DNA of 64,000 nt from Candidatus Marinacidobacterales bacterium (GCA_965226495.1 OZ245365.1:4832001-4896000), one strand, 5' to 3'; counted from the stretch's first letter, positions 45,549 through 56,528 are shown. Numbers and translations are program-made. The notes: a model not told the origin generated them from the letters alone.

Positions 45549-46919
45549 TTAGGATTCGACCAATTCGTCTCGCGCTTTAACCAACTCGGCAATGGCCTCT
45601 CGAGCCCGTGTTTCACTCGAGGACCCTCCTGCGTTCGCTTCCTCAGTAAGCCTGCGGGCCTCCCTCAGATGAGCCACCGCGGCTGCATGGAGACCACCGC
45701 TCGCCAGTACCTGGAGGCCATCATCGGTTTCCTGAATCGCCCGCGCGAGCAACCGTTCGAACTCCTCGTTTCCCAAGAACTTCCTATTGGCGAATGAATT
45801 CAAGAACTCGATGCTTTGCCTAATGTTCTCCAATGTATTGACGACCCTGAGAAACGCCGCCACTGCGACGACCTGAGTCGCATCGAGATTGATACCGCTT
45901 CCGGTGGCGCCCACAAGAAGTTGACCGGCCGGCGAGTTGTTGAAGGCGTCACCGTTGTAGAAGGCAACAGCTCCCTCGATCGTCTCCACCGAGTTGTTGT
46001 GAAAGAAAGGGCCGGTGTCCGCGGCCTCGACTAAGGATGGAGTATTGAACTCGCCGTTGCCCGGCGTCCCAAAACCATCGTCGGGTGGATTCAATTCATC
46101 GGTCAAGTCAGCCGGCTGATCCGGCAAATCCTCGACACCGGTATTGAAGTTGAGATTGCCCGCGCCTGCACCAAAGATATTCGGGTCCCCGTTGGCCCCC
46201 GCGTTCGAGTGGCACGCGAAACACTTGCCCAGGGTAGCGTCATTGAAGATCTCCTGACCTCGCGCCGCGACCAGCCCTTTGAGAGGAAGAGGCAGGGTCA
46301 GCTCTTGCTGGCGCCCGAGAGACAGTTGGAAGGCCGCCATAGCATTCAACTCCTCGTCGGTGGGCAGACGAAAATCGACGCCGGGTACACGGTCGACCGT
46401 CTTCGTGAAATGCTGAATCACCGCACCCGTGGCGAAGGAACGAAGCGACCCGTCACCCGGTGCTCCATCACCAGACCAACCGGTGCGAGGCCCGTCACGG
46501 CTGTCGATGGAGACTGGAAGTCCAAGCGTATGAGGAACGCCCCGCATGTTGAAGTTGCTCTCCAGATCGTCGAAACCGTCTTGATTCTCCAAGATCAATC
46601 CAAACTCCCGCATCAATGTTGGATTCTCGAAGTTTTCGGCGAGGTCGGGGTTGAATTCCGCAACGAAAAGCGGATCGTCGTCGGGAAGCGTCGCTATAAA
46701 CGCGGGGTCGATGGCGAAGTTGTTGGATGCCGGATGGCAGCTCCCACACGTTCTGCCGTTACCGCCGAATGTTTCGTCAAAGAAAAGAGCTCGACCTCGA
46801 GCAATCAGTGCATCGTCTGGATTCGGAATGGGCGGGGGCTTACAAGCCCCGAGACCGACAATAAGAACTGAAAGTAGTATGCGACTTCCAGAATTGGCAG
46901 GAATTGCAGGACAATTCAT
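45549..46919 (-). CDS. Diheme cytochrome c peroxidase/MauG-superfamily lipoprotein
   Basis: Lipobox LGAC; GRALFF...NGRTCGSCH, RGQEIF...CFACH, FNTPSL...TGPFFHN. Confidence 0.85.
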   Translation of the reverse strand: MNCPAIPANSGSRILLSVLIVGLGACKPPPIPNPDDALIARGRALFFDETFGGNGRTCGSCHPASNNFAIDPAFIATLPDDDPLFVAEFNPDLAENFENPTLMREFGLILENQDGFDDLESNFNMRGVPHTLGLPVSIDSRDGPRTGWSGDGAPGDGSLRSFATGAVIQHFTKTVDRVPGVDFRLPTDEELNAMAAFQLSLGRQQELTLPLPLKGLVAARGQEIFNDATLGKCFACHSNAGANGDPNIFGAGAGNLNFNTGVEDLPDQPADLTDELNPPDDGFGTPGNGEFNTPSLVEAADTGPFFHNNSVETIEGAVAFYNGDAFNNSPAGQLLVGATGSGINLDATQVVAVAAFLRVVNTLENIRQSIEFLNSFANRKFLGNEEFERLLARAIQETDDGLQVLASGGLHAAAVAHLREARRLTEEANAGGSSSETRAREAIAELVKARDELVES

Positions 46920-47002
46920 CTTCCTTACTCCTCCTTCCGCTTTCACGGGTCACAAGCAACCTCATCGGCGCGCACTGGAAATTGTTCGGAGGTGAAAAAA
47001 TC

Positions 47003-47024
47003 AACGTGAGCAATGTCACACTTT
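47003..47024. promoter_or_regulatory. CRP-family binding site
   Basis: AACGTGA-GCAATG-TCACACTT versus consensus TGTGA-N6-TCACA, in an AT-rich divergent intergenic region. Confidence 0.55.
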
Positions 47025-47409
47025 TTGTCCAACTTGCTGGAGATCTGTCCCCATCTTTCCAAGGCAAGCCATGCGTGTCAAATCAATCGACGCCGACCGT
47101 ACTGGAAACCACAGAGCGCAAGATATGCCGCGGCGCACGTACTCTATCTGGACCGTGTCACGGACCCAGACGCCATATTGGGTTATTGACAAAAACCATC
47201 GAAATAGTCAAGGTGCAGCCTAGGAGACATTAGTCTCCTCTGGCTTGATGTCAGCTGCGGGGGCCAGCAGACTTCCGCAAGTTTGCACTCTTCATTTTCA
47301 GAAGACCGGACACGTCATGTCGGCGGTCGCGAGCTACGTTTTCTCACGCCTTAGCGCCTTTTCTTCGTACGCGGTCAGAGCTCAACCTCGCCGAAAGGAG
47401 GATTACCCG

Positions 47410-48173
47410 GTGCAATCCATGTGGAACGTAAACATGACAGGTGCCGTCGCCGCGTTTCTTGTGTCGGTGGCTGTCGTCGCCACGGGCCAGTTGCCTGACC
47501 CTGGCATGACCATCGACCCTGAAAACACCGCACTCGTTGTCACAGATCCCCAGATTGACTTCTTGAGCCCCAAAGGGGTGACGTGGGCGATGGTCGGAAA
47601 GAACGTCACCGAAGTAAACACCGTCGAAAACCTCGAGACGCTATTCAAGTCGTCCAAGGCCAACGGTATCCAGGTGTTCATCTCGCCCCCCACTACTACT
47701 TCCCGACCGATCATGGTTGGAAGTTCGAGGGTGCGCTCGAAAAAGTCATGCACGACCTGGGCATGTTCGACCGGAGGGGTCCCTTGAGTGTGGAAGACTT
47801 CGAGGGCTCGGGTGCGGATTGGATGGAGATCTATAAGCCGTACATCAACGACGGCGAGACCGTTGTGGTGAGTCCCCACAAGATTTACGGCCCGGAACAG
47901 AACGATCTCGTACTTCAGTTGCGTAAGCGCGGCATGGATCGCATCATTCTCGCCAGCATGTCCGCCAACCTATGCGTCGAGAGCCACTTGAGAGAGCTTT
48001 TGGAACAAGGCTTCGAAGTTGCGGTGGTCAAGGACGCGACGGCGGCGGCTCAAATACCCGACGGCGACGGGTACGCAGCGGCGCTCGTGAATTTCCGTTT
48101 CATCGCCAACTCGGTCTGGACCACCGCGGAGACCAAGAAGATGATCGAGGGAGCTAAAAAAGCGAGTGAATAG
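47410..48173 (+). pseudogene. Exported cysteine hydrolase (isochorismatase family), frameshift at a C6 run near 47688
   Basis: GGAGGA RBS + GTG; TALVVTDPQIDFLS...VFISP, then HYYFPTD...SPHK..GP...MSANLCVESH. One extra C explains the break. Confidence 0.85.
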
Positions 48174-48175
48174 GA

Positions 48176-48670
48176 GGACCCAAAAATGATGCTCTCTCGT
48201 TCCCAGAAGAGTACTTCGACGCGTTGTTTTGTATGACCTCGATCCACTACTTCGGCCTCGAGCCCGAGTTCCTAAAGCACGTTCTGCGGTACTTGAAGAG
48301 AGGCGGGCGATTTTCAGTGGGCAACACCTGTTTCGATCGAGAGATCCCCCCCGAGCGCGTACCGGACATCTATCGGACCACCCCGCCGGGGGCAATAATG
48401 GACGGCTGGGAAAATGAATGCTCGAGGTATCACTCGCCGGAGTGGTGGCGGCGCCTCTTCGAACAATCTGCGCTCGTGGAAGTGATCGAATGCGTGGAGC
48501 TGGAGGATGACCCCGCCATGTGGGAGGACAAGTTGGCTTACGACTTGGAGAAGTCTGGCTGGAAGGAAGAGAAAGTCGAAGATCTAAGGTGGAAGATCGA
48601 TCAGATTCTTCACCGGGAGGACGATACACCGCACTTCACTTTTTTTGTCGCCGCGGTGGAGAAACGATGA
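48176..48670 (+). pseudogene. C-terminal fragment of a class I SAM methyltransferase
   Basis: DALSFPEEYFDALFC..S.HYFG...LKRGGRF; motif I and a proper start are missing. Confidence 0.65.
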
Positions 48671-48694
48671 TTTCACCGATAGGAGGGGGGCACG

Positions 48695-50353
48695 ATGAAC
48701 CATAGCAAGAGGCAGCAATTACTCAGCCAAAAGCAAGACCGAGACCCGTCCGGCGGATCGCTGCGTCGATTCGTTTTGACGTTGTCCGTTTGCTTGACGG
48801 CGACCGCGGGTTGTCAGCGGGAAGCGGATCCTCTCCAAAGCGCCTTCGACGCGATGGGTGGAAAGGATGCCCTTCTGGAGCTCAGAGGCTTCAGCTACGA
48901 GTCGTCCGGCGAGCGTTTCGAGCCCGCCCAGGTTCTGATCCCCGAGGGCGACCCCATCAACGCGAGCTCCTTTAGCCTGTCTCTTCTCTCCGACGTCGAG
49001 AAGGACCGGTTGAGCTTCGACTGGCAGCGGCAGATCCTTGATCCGCTCAGAGGAGAGCTCTCCTATAAGGACGTCCTCGACGGAGCGGTTGGGTACCAGA
49101 CCGGGAATGATTCCCTCTTCAACCCACCGGACACGGCGTCAGATCGTGCACTCACTTCCGAACGCATGGGCGCGCTCCGACGGGAATTCCGACTCCTCAA
49201 TCCGCAGCTCTATCTCCGCGCACTTGCCCGGGACGAGAGCGCGGGCACGATGAAGGCAGATGTCGAGCTCGACGGGCGCACTCATCACGTCATTGAGGTG
49301 TCCGATGACGTGCTGCCAGTAGAGCTTTTCGTCGACGCGGCAAGCGGCCGCCTGTCGAAGCTCCGGACTCCTCAGAATGATCATATCTGGGGGGACGTCT
49401 CAACCGAGGTCACCTATAGCGACTGGTCCGCGCCCGAAGGCAGCGGCTTGTTGTTTCCGCACCGAGTGGAGATGGCGATTGCCGGTAAGACGCTTCGCAC
49501 GGCCACGCGCACCGATGTGGTCATCAATCCCAATTTCCCCGCCGACGCCTTTGCTCTTCCCGATGAGCCAAAGACCGAGGTCGACGAAGCGGCTGCGAAA
49601 CGAGGTGGAGTGAGCTCACAGTATGTCACGCGGTGGAACGCCCTCGGCCTGCCTTTGGGTGACCAGGATCAAACCTCGGTTATCGCTACAGCGGTGGCTG
49701 ACGACAAGAACGTCCAGTATCTGACCGGAGGCACGCACCACTCGCTGGCGATAAGGCTCGGTGAGGGGATCGTCGTGGTGGAGCCTCCCCTCAACGAAGC
49801 CCGCTCGAGGGCCGTGCTGAAGGAGCTCGACGAGCTCTGGCCGGGGGTACCTGTCAGCCATCTGATTCTCACCCATCATCATTTTGATCACATGGGCGGA
49901 ATCCGGACCTACGCTGCAGCTGGCACCACCATTGTCACGAGTGAGCTCAACAGCTCCTACGTGGAGGAAGCGCTCCGTTCATCCCACACCTTGGTTCCCG
50001 ACGAACTTGCGGCGCTAACCAGCCCTGAATGGACGATCGAAGCCGTCCCGGCAGATGGCGAGTTCAGCCTGGAGAAGGACGGGCGAAGCGTGAAGGCGCG
50101 GCACATCCCGTCGGTTCACAACGAGGACATGCTGGTCGTCTACCTGCCAGAGAACCAACTCCTCTTCGAGAGTGACATCTACATCATGCCTGGCGTTTTT
50201 CCAGCGCACCAGCCACTGCCGGCGCCCTTCGCAGATTGGGCCCGGGGACTTCGGGATGGGCTCGCGGCGCTGGATTGGGAAATCGAGTGGATCGCCGGCG
50301 GCCACGGCGGCGTTGCCCCGTTCGCTGACCTGCTCTCCCACTTCGGGACCTGA
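48695..50353 (+). CDS. MBL-fold metallo-hydrolase lipoprotein
   Basis: TAGC lipobox; THHHFDHMGG, H.E.ML, ESD, GGHG. Confidence 0.88.
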   Translation: MNHSKRQQLLSQKQDRDPSGGSLRRFVLTLSVCLTATAGCQREADPLQSAFDAMGGKDALLELRGFSYESSGERFEPAQVLIPEGDPINASSFSLSLLSDVEKDRLSFDWQRQILDPLRGELSYKDVLDGAVGYQTGNDSLFNPPDTASDRALTSERMGALRREFRLLNPQLYLRALARDESAGTMKADVELDGRTHHVIEVSDDVLPVELFVDAASGRLSKLRTPQNDHIWGDVSTEVTYSDWSAPEGSGLLFPHRVEMAIAGKTLRTATRTDVVINPNFPADAFALPDEPKTEVDEAAAKRGGVSSQYVTRWNALGLPLGDQDQTSVIATAVADDKNVQYLTGGTHHSLAIRLGEGIVVVEPPLNEARSRAVLKELDELWPGVPVSHLILTHHHFDHMGGIRTYAAAGTTIVTSELNSSYVEEALRSSHTLVPDELAALTSPEWTIEAVPADGEFSLEKDGRSVKARHIPSVHNEDMLVVYLPENQLLFESDIYIMPGVFPAHQPLPAPFADWARGLRDGLAALDWEIEWIAGGHGGVAPFADLLSHFGT

Positions 50354-50359
50354 GGCTAA

Positions 50360-51343
50360 ATGGATCGACAAACGATGCGAGCGGTGGTGATCGAAGAAGC
50401 TGGTGGACCGGAGGCGCTCAAGCTCCAGGAGCGGCCGGTTCCGAAGCCCGAGCCCGGGTGGATTCTGATCCGGGTCAAGGCCTTCGGGATCAACCGCTCT
50501 GAGCTCTTCACGCGCCAGGGGCACTCGCCCTCGGTACGTTTTCCCCGGGTCTTGGGCATCGAAGCAGTCGGCCAGGTTGCCGAGGCGCCGGGTGGCGAAT
50601 TCCCCGAGGGCCAGACCGTGGCCACGGCGATGGGCGGAATGGGCCGTCAGTTTAACGGCTCTTATGCTGAGTACACCTGCGTGCCCGCCTCCCAGGTCCA
50701 AGCTCTCGAAACGAAGCTTGATTGGCGTACATTAGCCGCGCTCCCGGAGATGCTGCAGACCGCGTGGGGCTCGCTGCATACCGCTCTCGAGATCGAGAAG
50801 GGTCATGCGCTCCTGATTCGTGGCGGTACCACTTCCGTTGGGCTCGCCGCCGCAGTTCTGGCCAAAAAACATGGGGCGACGGTCGCGGCAACAACCCGTC
50901 GCCCAGAGCGCGAAGCGATGCTTCGCGAGAACGGAGCCGACCGAGTATTCGTCGATGACGGCAAACTGGCCGACGTGGTTCGTCAGGCGTGTGACGGCGG
51001 AGTCGATCGTGTGCTTGAACTGGTCGGAACGACGACTCTCCTCGATTCGCTGAAAGCGGCGGCCCGCCATGGGATCGTGTGTATGACCGGAATGGTCGGC
51101 AGCAAATGGGACTTCGAGAGGTTCGCCCCTATGGACGCGATTCCCACATCGGTCAAGCTCACGACCTATGCCGGAGAGGCGCACGATTTCATGAGAACAC
51201 CGCTCCAGGACTTCATTCGAGAAATCGAGGATGGACGCACCGCAGTTCGTATCGGGAAGGCGTTTCAGCTCGACGAGATTGTCGAAGCGCATCGTTGCAT
51301 GGAAGAGAACCAGGCGCAGGGCAAGATCGTCGTACTTACTTGA
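50360..51343 (+). CDS. MDR-family NADPH:quinone oxidoreductase-like protein
   Basis: [35 protein letters not shown]. Confidence 0.9.
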   Translation: MDRQTMRAVVIEEAGGPEALKLQERPVPKPEPGWILIRVKAFGINRSELFTRQGHSPSVRFPRVLGIEAVGQVAEAPGGEFPEGQTVATAMGGMGRQFNGSYAEYTCVPASQVQALETKLDWRTLAALPEMLQTAWGSLHTALEIEKGHALLIRGGTTSVGLAAAVLAKKHGATVAATTRRPEREAMLRENGADRVFVDDGKLADVVRQACDGGVDRVLELVGTTTLLDSLKAAARHGIVCMTGMVGSKWDFERFAPMDAIPTSVKLTTYAGEAHDFMRTPLQDFIREIEDGRTAVRIGKAFQLDEIVEAHRCMEENQAQGKIVVLT

Positions 51344-51446
51344 AGCGGTGGCACTTTCGTTCTCTGGCGAGGGGCGTGAGCTTGGAGTTTAGATTTGCGC
51401 GCATCACGGGCGCCGTAGACCGCCGAGGGACAGGAGGTGGGTCGTC

Positions 51447-53450
51447 ATGAAAACGTTGGCCGGAGCTCTAGTTCTCTTTTGCACGCCCGGCTGTAGCGTC
51501 GCACCGCACGATATCGACATCGAACCACTGAAAGAAGAGGAACGCCCGGACGAGCGCAAGGTTGAGACCGGCCTGGTCGAGTCGCTAGGAATGGCGCCCG
51601 GATTCGAGGACTTCGACCTCGAAAAAAACCGGGATCGAAGCTACCACCCCAACCTGGAGCTTTTGAAAGTGCTGGTGTCTTATGGTCCGAGCGAAGATCC
51701 GCGCGTCGTATTCTTGCTCGTCTCGTTCTATTTGAGCGCGAATCAGCAGGAAGACGGTATCGCCTACTTCGAGACGTTTCTCGAGCGGTACGCGAACCAA
51801 CTTTCTGGCACTGTGAAGGCCCACCACCTCACGGCCTACGCCATCCTGCGGGCGACGTTCGCCGAACGGGTTCCACTGTGGAAGCGTATCGGCTGGGTCA
51901 ACGATACCAGTAGGATACTCGACGAGGCCGACCAGCTGACCGAAGGCCGCGACTTCCTCGTCCATTGGGCCACCGGGGTTATCTTTGCGGAGTACCCACG
52001 CTTTTTCGGCAAAACCGGCCAAGCGTTGGAGCACCTGAACTGGACGTTGGAGCATCCTGAGCTCGAGCCCGCCGTCGGGTTCTACCGAGAGGTCCACCGG
52101 CACCTGTCCGCGTTACAGGAACGGGCCGGCGACAAGGAGGCAGCTAGCAGGCACCTGGCGCTGAGCGGCTATACCGACTCGAGTAGCAAGTCGCTGATGA
52201 TGGGACCGTTCATGACCACCAGAGAAGACGGCACCATCATGCACGCAACCCGGAAGGTCGTGGAGATCGTTCCGGGCTCGGTCTACGTCGTTCGGGGCTT
52301 TGGTTTCTCGGACTTGAGCTTCGTGATCTCGCAGGACGGAAACGAGCTCATCGCGATCGACGCGGGCACGCAGCCTTTCAGCACCAAGGCGGCCTACGAG
52401 CTGTTCGAGCGGAAGTATCCCCAACATCCGCCACTCACGACGGTATTGGTGACTCATGCGCACTGGGACCACATCGGTGGGCACACGTTCTTCCGAGGGC
52501 TGAATCCTGACGTCCAGTTCTACGGGCGTGGGAATTACGGCAGAGTCCTCGAAGACGTCCAGCGACGCCACTCGTTCGTGCAGTTCCGGAGTGGGCGCTT
52601 CGAAAATGCGTGGGTCGAGGGCTACGCCCCGGACGTCATTATTAGTGGGGACGCCCCGAACCGAATGACCATCGACGGGAGCGGCGTCGAGCCAATTCCC
52701 ATCGGTGGAGGGGAGACCGAGGATGCCCTGGCGTTCTTCTTTCCGGAGCTCTCGGCGATCTTCGTGGGCGATTTCATGATGCCGTACTACGGCGAGCCGT
52801 GGGTCGAAGAAGGCTCGGTCGAGGAACTGCTAGACGCCATGACCGCGGTGGTCGAGCGGGATCCGAAGTTCGTGCTCCATGGGCACTTCCCTCTCACGTG
52901 GCTCTACCAGGCTCGGGAGATCGAACTTCTTCAACCCGACCTCCAGTGGCTCGCGAGCGCCGTGCTGGAGCACGTCCGCCGTGGTTATTCGAGAGTCGAC
53001 ATCGAGCGATTGAACCTGATCCCTCCGGGCATTCAGGATCGCCCCCAGACGTTCCTCGGCTATACGAACGCGCGGCAGCACCTCCCCGGACGCCTGCACG
53101 ATCAGGCGGTGGGAATTTGGGAAGAAGACATCACCGGCACGGACTTGAAGGGTTTGGACTCGCTGAGCCATGTCGAATACGGGAGGCTTCTCGGGCGCTA
53201 TCTGGAACTTTCCGTCGGTGACGTTGCGAAGGGGCTTCGTCGCATGATCGACCACGGTGACAACGAGCTTGCTTTGAAAATGGCCTTGGCCGCTGAACGC
53301 TACTACGGGGACAACGCCCGAATTCGAGAGCTCAAGATCGAGGCCGCCGACCAATTGCGGAGCGAGAACCAATTCATTAACCCATTCAAGTACACGGTCT
53401 ACTCGGAGATCATCGGCAAAGAGGAACGCCACGTGTCGGGCCCCAAGTGA
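51447..53450 (+). CDS. MBL-fold hydrolase with N-terminal TPR-like region (alkyl sulfatase-like)
   Basis: IDAG, THAHWDHIGG, GGETED, VGD, LHGH. Confidence 0.85.
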   Translation: MKTLAGALVLFCTPGCSVAPHDIDIEPLKEEERPDERKVETGLVESLGMAPGFEDFDLEKNRDRSYHPNLELLKVLVSYGPSEDPRVVFLLVSFYLSANQQEDGIAYFETFLERYANQLSGTVKAHHLTAYAILRATFAERVPLWKRIGWVNDTSRILDEADQLTEGRDFLVHWATGVIFAEYPRFFGKTGQALEHLNWTLEHPELEPAVGFYREVHRHLSALQERAGDKEAASRHLALSGYTDSSSKSLMMGPFMTTREDGTIMHATRKVVEIVPGSVYVVRGFGFSDLSFVISQDGNELIAIDAGTQPFSTKAAYELFERKYPQHPPLTTVLVTHAHWDHIGGHTFFRGLNPDVQFYGRGNYGRVLEDVQRRHSFVQFRSGRFENAWVEGYAPDVIISGDAPNRMTIDGSGVEPIPIGGGETEDALAFFFPELSAIFVGDFMMPYYGEPWVEEGSVEELLDAMTAVVERDPKFVLHGHFPLTWLYQAREIELLQPDLQWLASAVLEHVRRGYSRVDIERLNLIPPGIQDRPQTFLGYTNARQHLPGRLHDQAVGIWEEDITGTDLKGLDSLSHVEYGRLLGRYLELSVGDVAKGLRRMIDHGDNELALKMALAAERYYGDNARIRELKIEAADQLRSENQFINPFKYTVYSEIIGKEERHVSGPK

Positions 53451-53524
53451 ACGGAGAGTCGAACTGAACATGGGCGACGCGCCTTGCCGTCAGAAAAGGC
53501 CGTGGACTAAATAGCGGAGGGGAC

Positions 53525-54489
53525 ATGACGGAAACGTGGGCAGTGATCCTAGCTGGCTTGATGCTGGCCCTCGTTGGGACTGTACTTCTCTCATATCTCA
53601 TTGAGGCCTTCCGTGCGGCGCCCGAGACACCGACGCAGCTCGAGTGGGATCCCCAGATCCCGATCCGATACGTGGAAGTCAATGGCATCAAGCTCCGCTA
53701 CATCACGGTCGGGAAAGGACCGCCGTTGCTGTTGGCACATACACTTCGGACGCAGCTGGATCTTTTTCAGAAGGTAATCCCACGACTATCCCAACACTTC
53801 ACGGTCTATGCCTTCGATTACCCAGGGCATGGATTCTCCGACATCCCTAAAGTCGAGTACACGCCGGTTTTTTTGCGGAGTCCCTGAGTAAGTTTCTGGA
53901 AGCGATGGATGTCAGGGATGCCATTGTGGTGGGAGAGTCCATCGGTGGCACACTCTCGCTGCTGCTCGCCGCGAAACAAAACCCGCGGGTCAAGAAGGCC
54001 ATCGCCATAAACCCCTACGACTACGACAAGGGTCGGGGAATCATGAGAGGCTCCTGGGTCTCGAAGTTACTCTTTTCGTTGAACAATGTTCCCGTCGTCG
54101 GGGCGACCAACTGGCGCCTTCGTTCGCTGATCGTGTTTCGGATGATCATGCAAAGTGGCGTGTACCACGATGACGCGCTGCCAACCGCACTGTTAAAGGA
54201 AATGAATGGCGTTGGCAACCGCCCGCATCACTATCAGGCCTTCATGTCGCTGGTGCGTCATTTTCCTGAGTGGGAAGAAGCCCGCGCAGATTACGGGAAC
54301 GTGAAGATCCCTGTGCTCTTGATCTATGGCGACCATGATTGGTCGCGGCCGGGAGAGCGCGAAGCCAATCACGAAGCGATCCGCGGGGCAAAAATGACGA
54401 TGATCAAAAATGCAGGTCACTTTCTATCCGTGGATGTCCCCGACGAGACGGTCCGGCGAATCCTAGATTTCGGTGAGGAAGACGCCTAA
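53525..54489 (+). pseudogene. Alpha/beta hydrolase with N-terminal TM, frameshift at a T7 run (53868-53874)
   Basis: G.GPPLLL.H...DYPGHGFS, then GESIGG nucleophile elbow, GDHD, AGHF. One missing T explains the break. Confidence 0.85.
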
Positions 54490-54547
54490 CGCGTAAAATT
54501 GGCGCCCACGAAGCGAAAATCGACCCGCAGGGAAATTGGAGGATTAA

Positions 54548-55000
54548 ATGGCAACGGTCACCGCTAGTCTTCGTTCTGGCACACGAGCAACCATCACCGC
54601 GCGGCAATTCGTCTGGGTGGGGGACGAACCCCCTGGCGCTGGCGGGACCGACAAGGGACCCAACCCCTACGAAATCCTGCTGGGAGCCCTGGCCGCCTGC
54701 ATCGCGATCACCCTACGGGTGTACGCAGACTACAAGGGGATCTCGCTCGAGGGCGTGGATGTGGCTCTGGAGTACGACCGCGTGCACGCGGACGATTGCG
54801 CTGAATGCATGGAACCAAAGAGCGGAATGCTCGAGGTCATCAGGTCTCAGGTAAAGATCCACGGTTCGTTCAACGACGCGCAGCGAAAGCGTCTCGCCCA
54901 GGTCGCCGAGAGATGCCCGGTACACAAGACGCTCACCAACGGAGTCCAGATTCTGGACACCGTGACCTTTGAAGACAATGGGGAAGAACCTACCCCATGA
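54548..55000 (+). CDS. OsmC/YhfA-family protein
   Basis: DEP...GGTDKGPNPYE.LL.ALAAC, RCPVHKTL. Confidence 0.92.
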   Translation: MATVTASLRSGTRATITARQFVWVGDEPPGAGGTDKGPNPYEILLGALAACIAITLRVYADYKGISLEGVDVALEYDRVHADDCAECMEPKSGMLEVIRSQVKIHGSFNDAQRKRLAQVAERCPVHKTLTNGVQILDTVTFEDNGEEPTP

Positions 55001-55033
55001 ATGTTTAGGGCGGCGCCAAAAGGAGAATAACCC

Positions 55034-56164
55034 ATGTCCATCAAACCGAGAATCCTCGTCACATCCGCAGCCGGACACACTGGAGCGGCGGCAGTCACCG
55101 ATCTATTGAAGAAGGGCTTTCGCGTGCGTGCCTTCGTTCGTCGGGAAGACGCGCGCTCGGATCGGCTACGACAGGCCGGCGCCGAGATCTTTGTTGGCGA
55201 TCTGTACGATATGGGCGACATCCGTCGGTCGCTGGTCGACGTGCAGCGCGCCTATCACGTTCCGCCCTTCGCGCCCAATTTGCTGCATGGGACCATGTTG
55301 TTTGCGCTGGCGGCGGAAGAGGCCAGGCTCGAGACCCTGGCGTTGATGAGTGAATGGAACCCGCACCCGAGCCATCCAGCCCCGCTGACCCGCGAGCACT
55401 GGATCGCCAACAACATCGTCCGCTGGATGCCGACCGTCGACGTGACCTACGTCAACCCGGGAATCTTCGCCTTCTTGTACTTCCTCGGGCTGCCGGCAAT
55501 GAAGCACCTCGGGCTGCTCGCGCTGCCGTACGGCGACGGTCTGAACGCTCCGCCGTCCAACGAGGACATCGGGGCGGTTGCCGCGGGTGTGTTGGCCGAG
55601 CCCGCGAAACACATCGGCAAGACCTATCGCCCCACCGGGCCCCAGCTGATTTCCCCTGAGGACTGCGCAGAGATTTTCACGCGCGTGCTCGGTAGGAAGG
55701 TTCGCTACCGCGACATCTCGACGAACATGTTCGTGAAGGCCGCCATTGCTCAGGGAATCAGTCCCTTCGAGGTGTCGCAGATGCGCCAGTTCGTAGAAGA
55801 GTTTCGGCGCGGCGTGTTCGCGGTGGGCGCGCCCACGAACCATGTCGAGGAGGTCACCGGCCGTCCGGCGGAGGATTTCGAGTCGATCGCGCGCCGCTAC
55901 GTGAACAACCCCGGGTTGATCTTACACGGCTACTCCGCCGGGACAAAGCTGGGCGCCATCGTCGGCATGGTGAAGATGATGCTGACCCCTCTGCCCGACT
56001 TCGACCGCTGGGAATCTGAGCGTGGGCACCCGATGCTCGCCGAACCGAAGTTCGCGATCGACAACCCGGAATGGATGGTGTCCGCAGAGCAGCAGAAGCT
56101 GGCGCTGCTGAATCCGAGCACCAGCTCGGAGCAGACCGCACCGCGCCGAGTGAAATCCGTCTGA
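55034..56164 (+). CDS. NmrA-family NAD(P)-binding protein
   Basis: ILVTSAAGHTG, VRAFVRR, GKTYRPTGP. Confidence 0.88.
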   Translation: MSIKPRILVTSAAGHTGAAAVTDLLKKGFRVRAFVRREDARSDRLRQAGAEIFVGDLYDMGDIRRSLVDVQRAYHVPPFAPNLLHGTMLFALAAEEARLETLALMSEWNPHPSHPAPLTREHWIANNIVRWMPTVDVTYVNPGIFAFLYFLGLPAMKHLGLLALPYGDGLNAPPSNEDIGAVAAGVLAEPAKHIGKTYRPTGPQLISPEDCAEIFTRVLGRKVRYRDISTNMFVKAAIAQGISPFEVSQMRQFVEEFRRGVFAVGAPTNHVEEVTGRPAEDFESIARRYVNNPGLILHGYSAGTKLGAIVGMVKMMLTPLPDFDRWESERGHPMLAEPKFAIDNPEWMVSAEQQKLALLNPSTSSEQTAPRRVKSV

Positions 56165-56213
56165 GGACAGGAAGCGATAGAGCCGTAGCCTCCCCGAGCA
56201 CCAAACGGGACGC

Positions 56214-56528
56214 CTATTCTTCGGCGGTTTCTCGAGCAGCGAGGATGGCACGAACTAGATCTTCGGGGACTTCTTCAGGAACCTGCTCGTCCGAATGCCG
56301 AAAGACCGCCTTGCCGAGCGCGATCGCTTGGGTGTACGAGGCGAGATAGTCCCGACACTCCCGGCAAACGAGGAGATGCAGCTTGAACACGAATCGCTGC
56401 CGCGAAGGAAGCGTGCCGTCGAGGTAGCCGACGACGAACTCCTCGAGCGCCCGGCAGGTGATCATCAAAGGGACATTTTGTTGCAGGAACCCGCGGAGCT
56501 TGCGCGTCAATGTCAATGGCACACTCAT
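56214..56528 (-). CDS. Soluble zf-HC2 (ZAS) anti-sigma factor
   Basis: ITC.....YLDG.L...HLLVCREC; no TM helix; ATGA-coupled to the ECF. Confidence 0.85.
   Translation of the reverse strand: MSVPLTLTRKLRGFLQQNVPLMITCRALEEFVVGYLDGTLPSRQRFVFKLHLLVCRECRDYLASYTQAIALGKAVFRHSDEQVPEEVPEDLVRAILAARETAEE

Noticed and set aside
47235-47270. Minus-strand GCCCCCGCAGCTG...AAGCCAGAGGAGAC resembling a cobalamin riboswitch
   Set aside because: The upstream GGGAA and T-loop elements are missing and the downstream gene is not B12-related.
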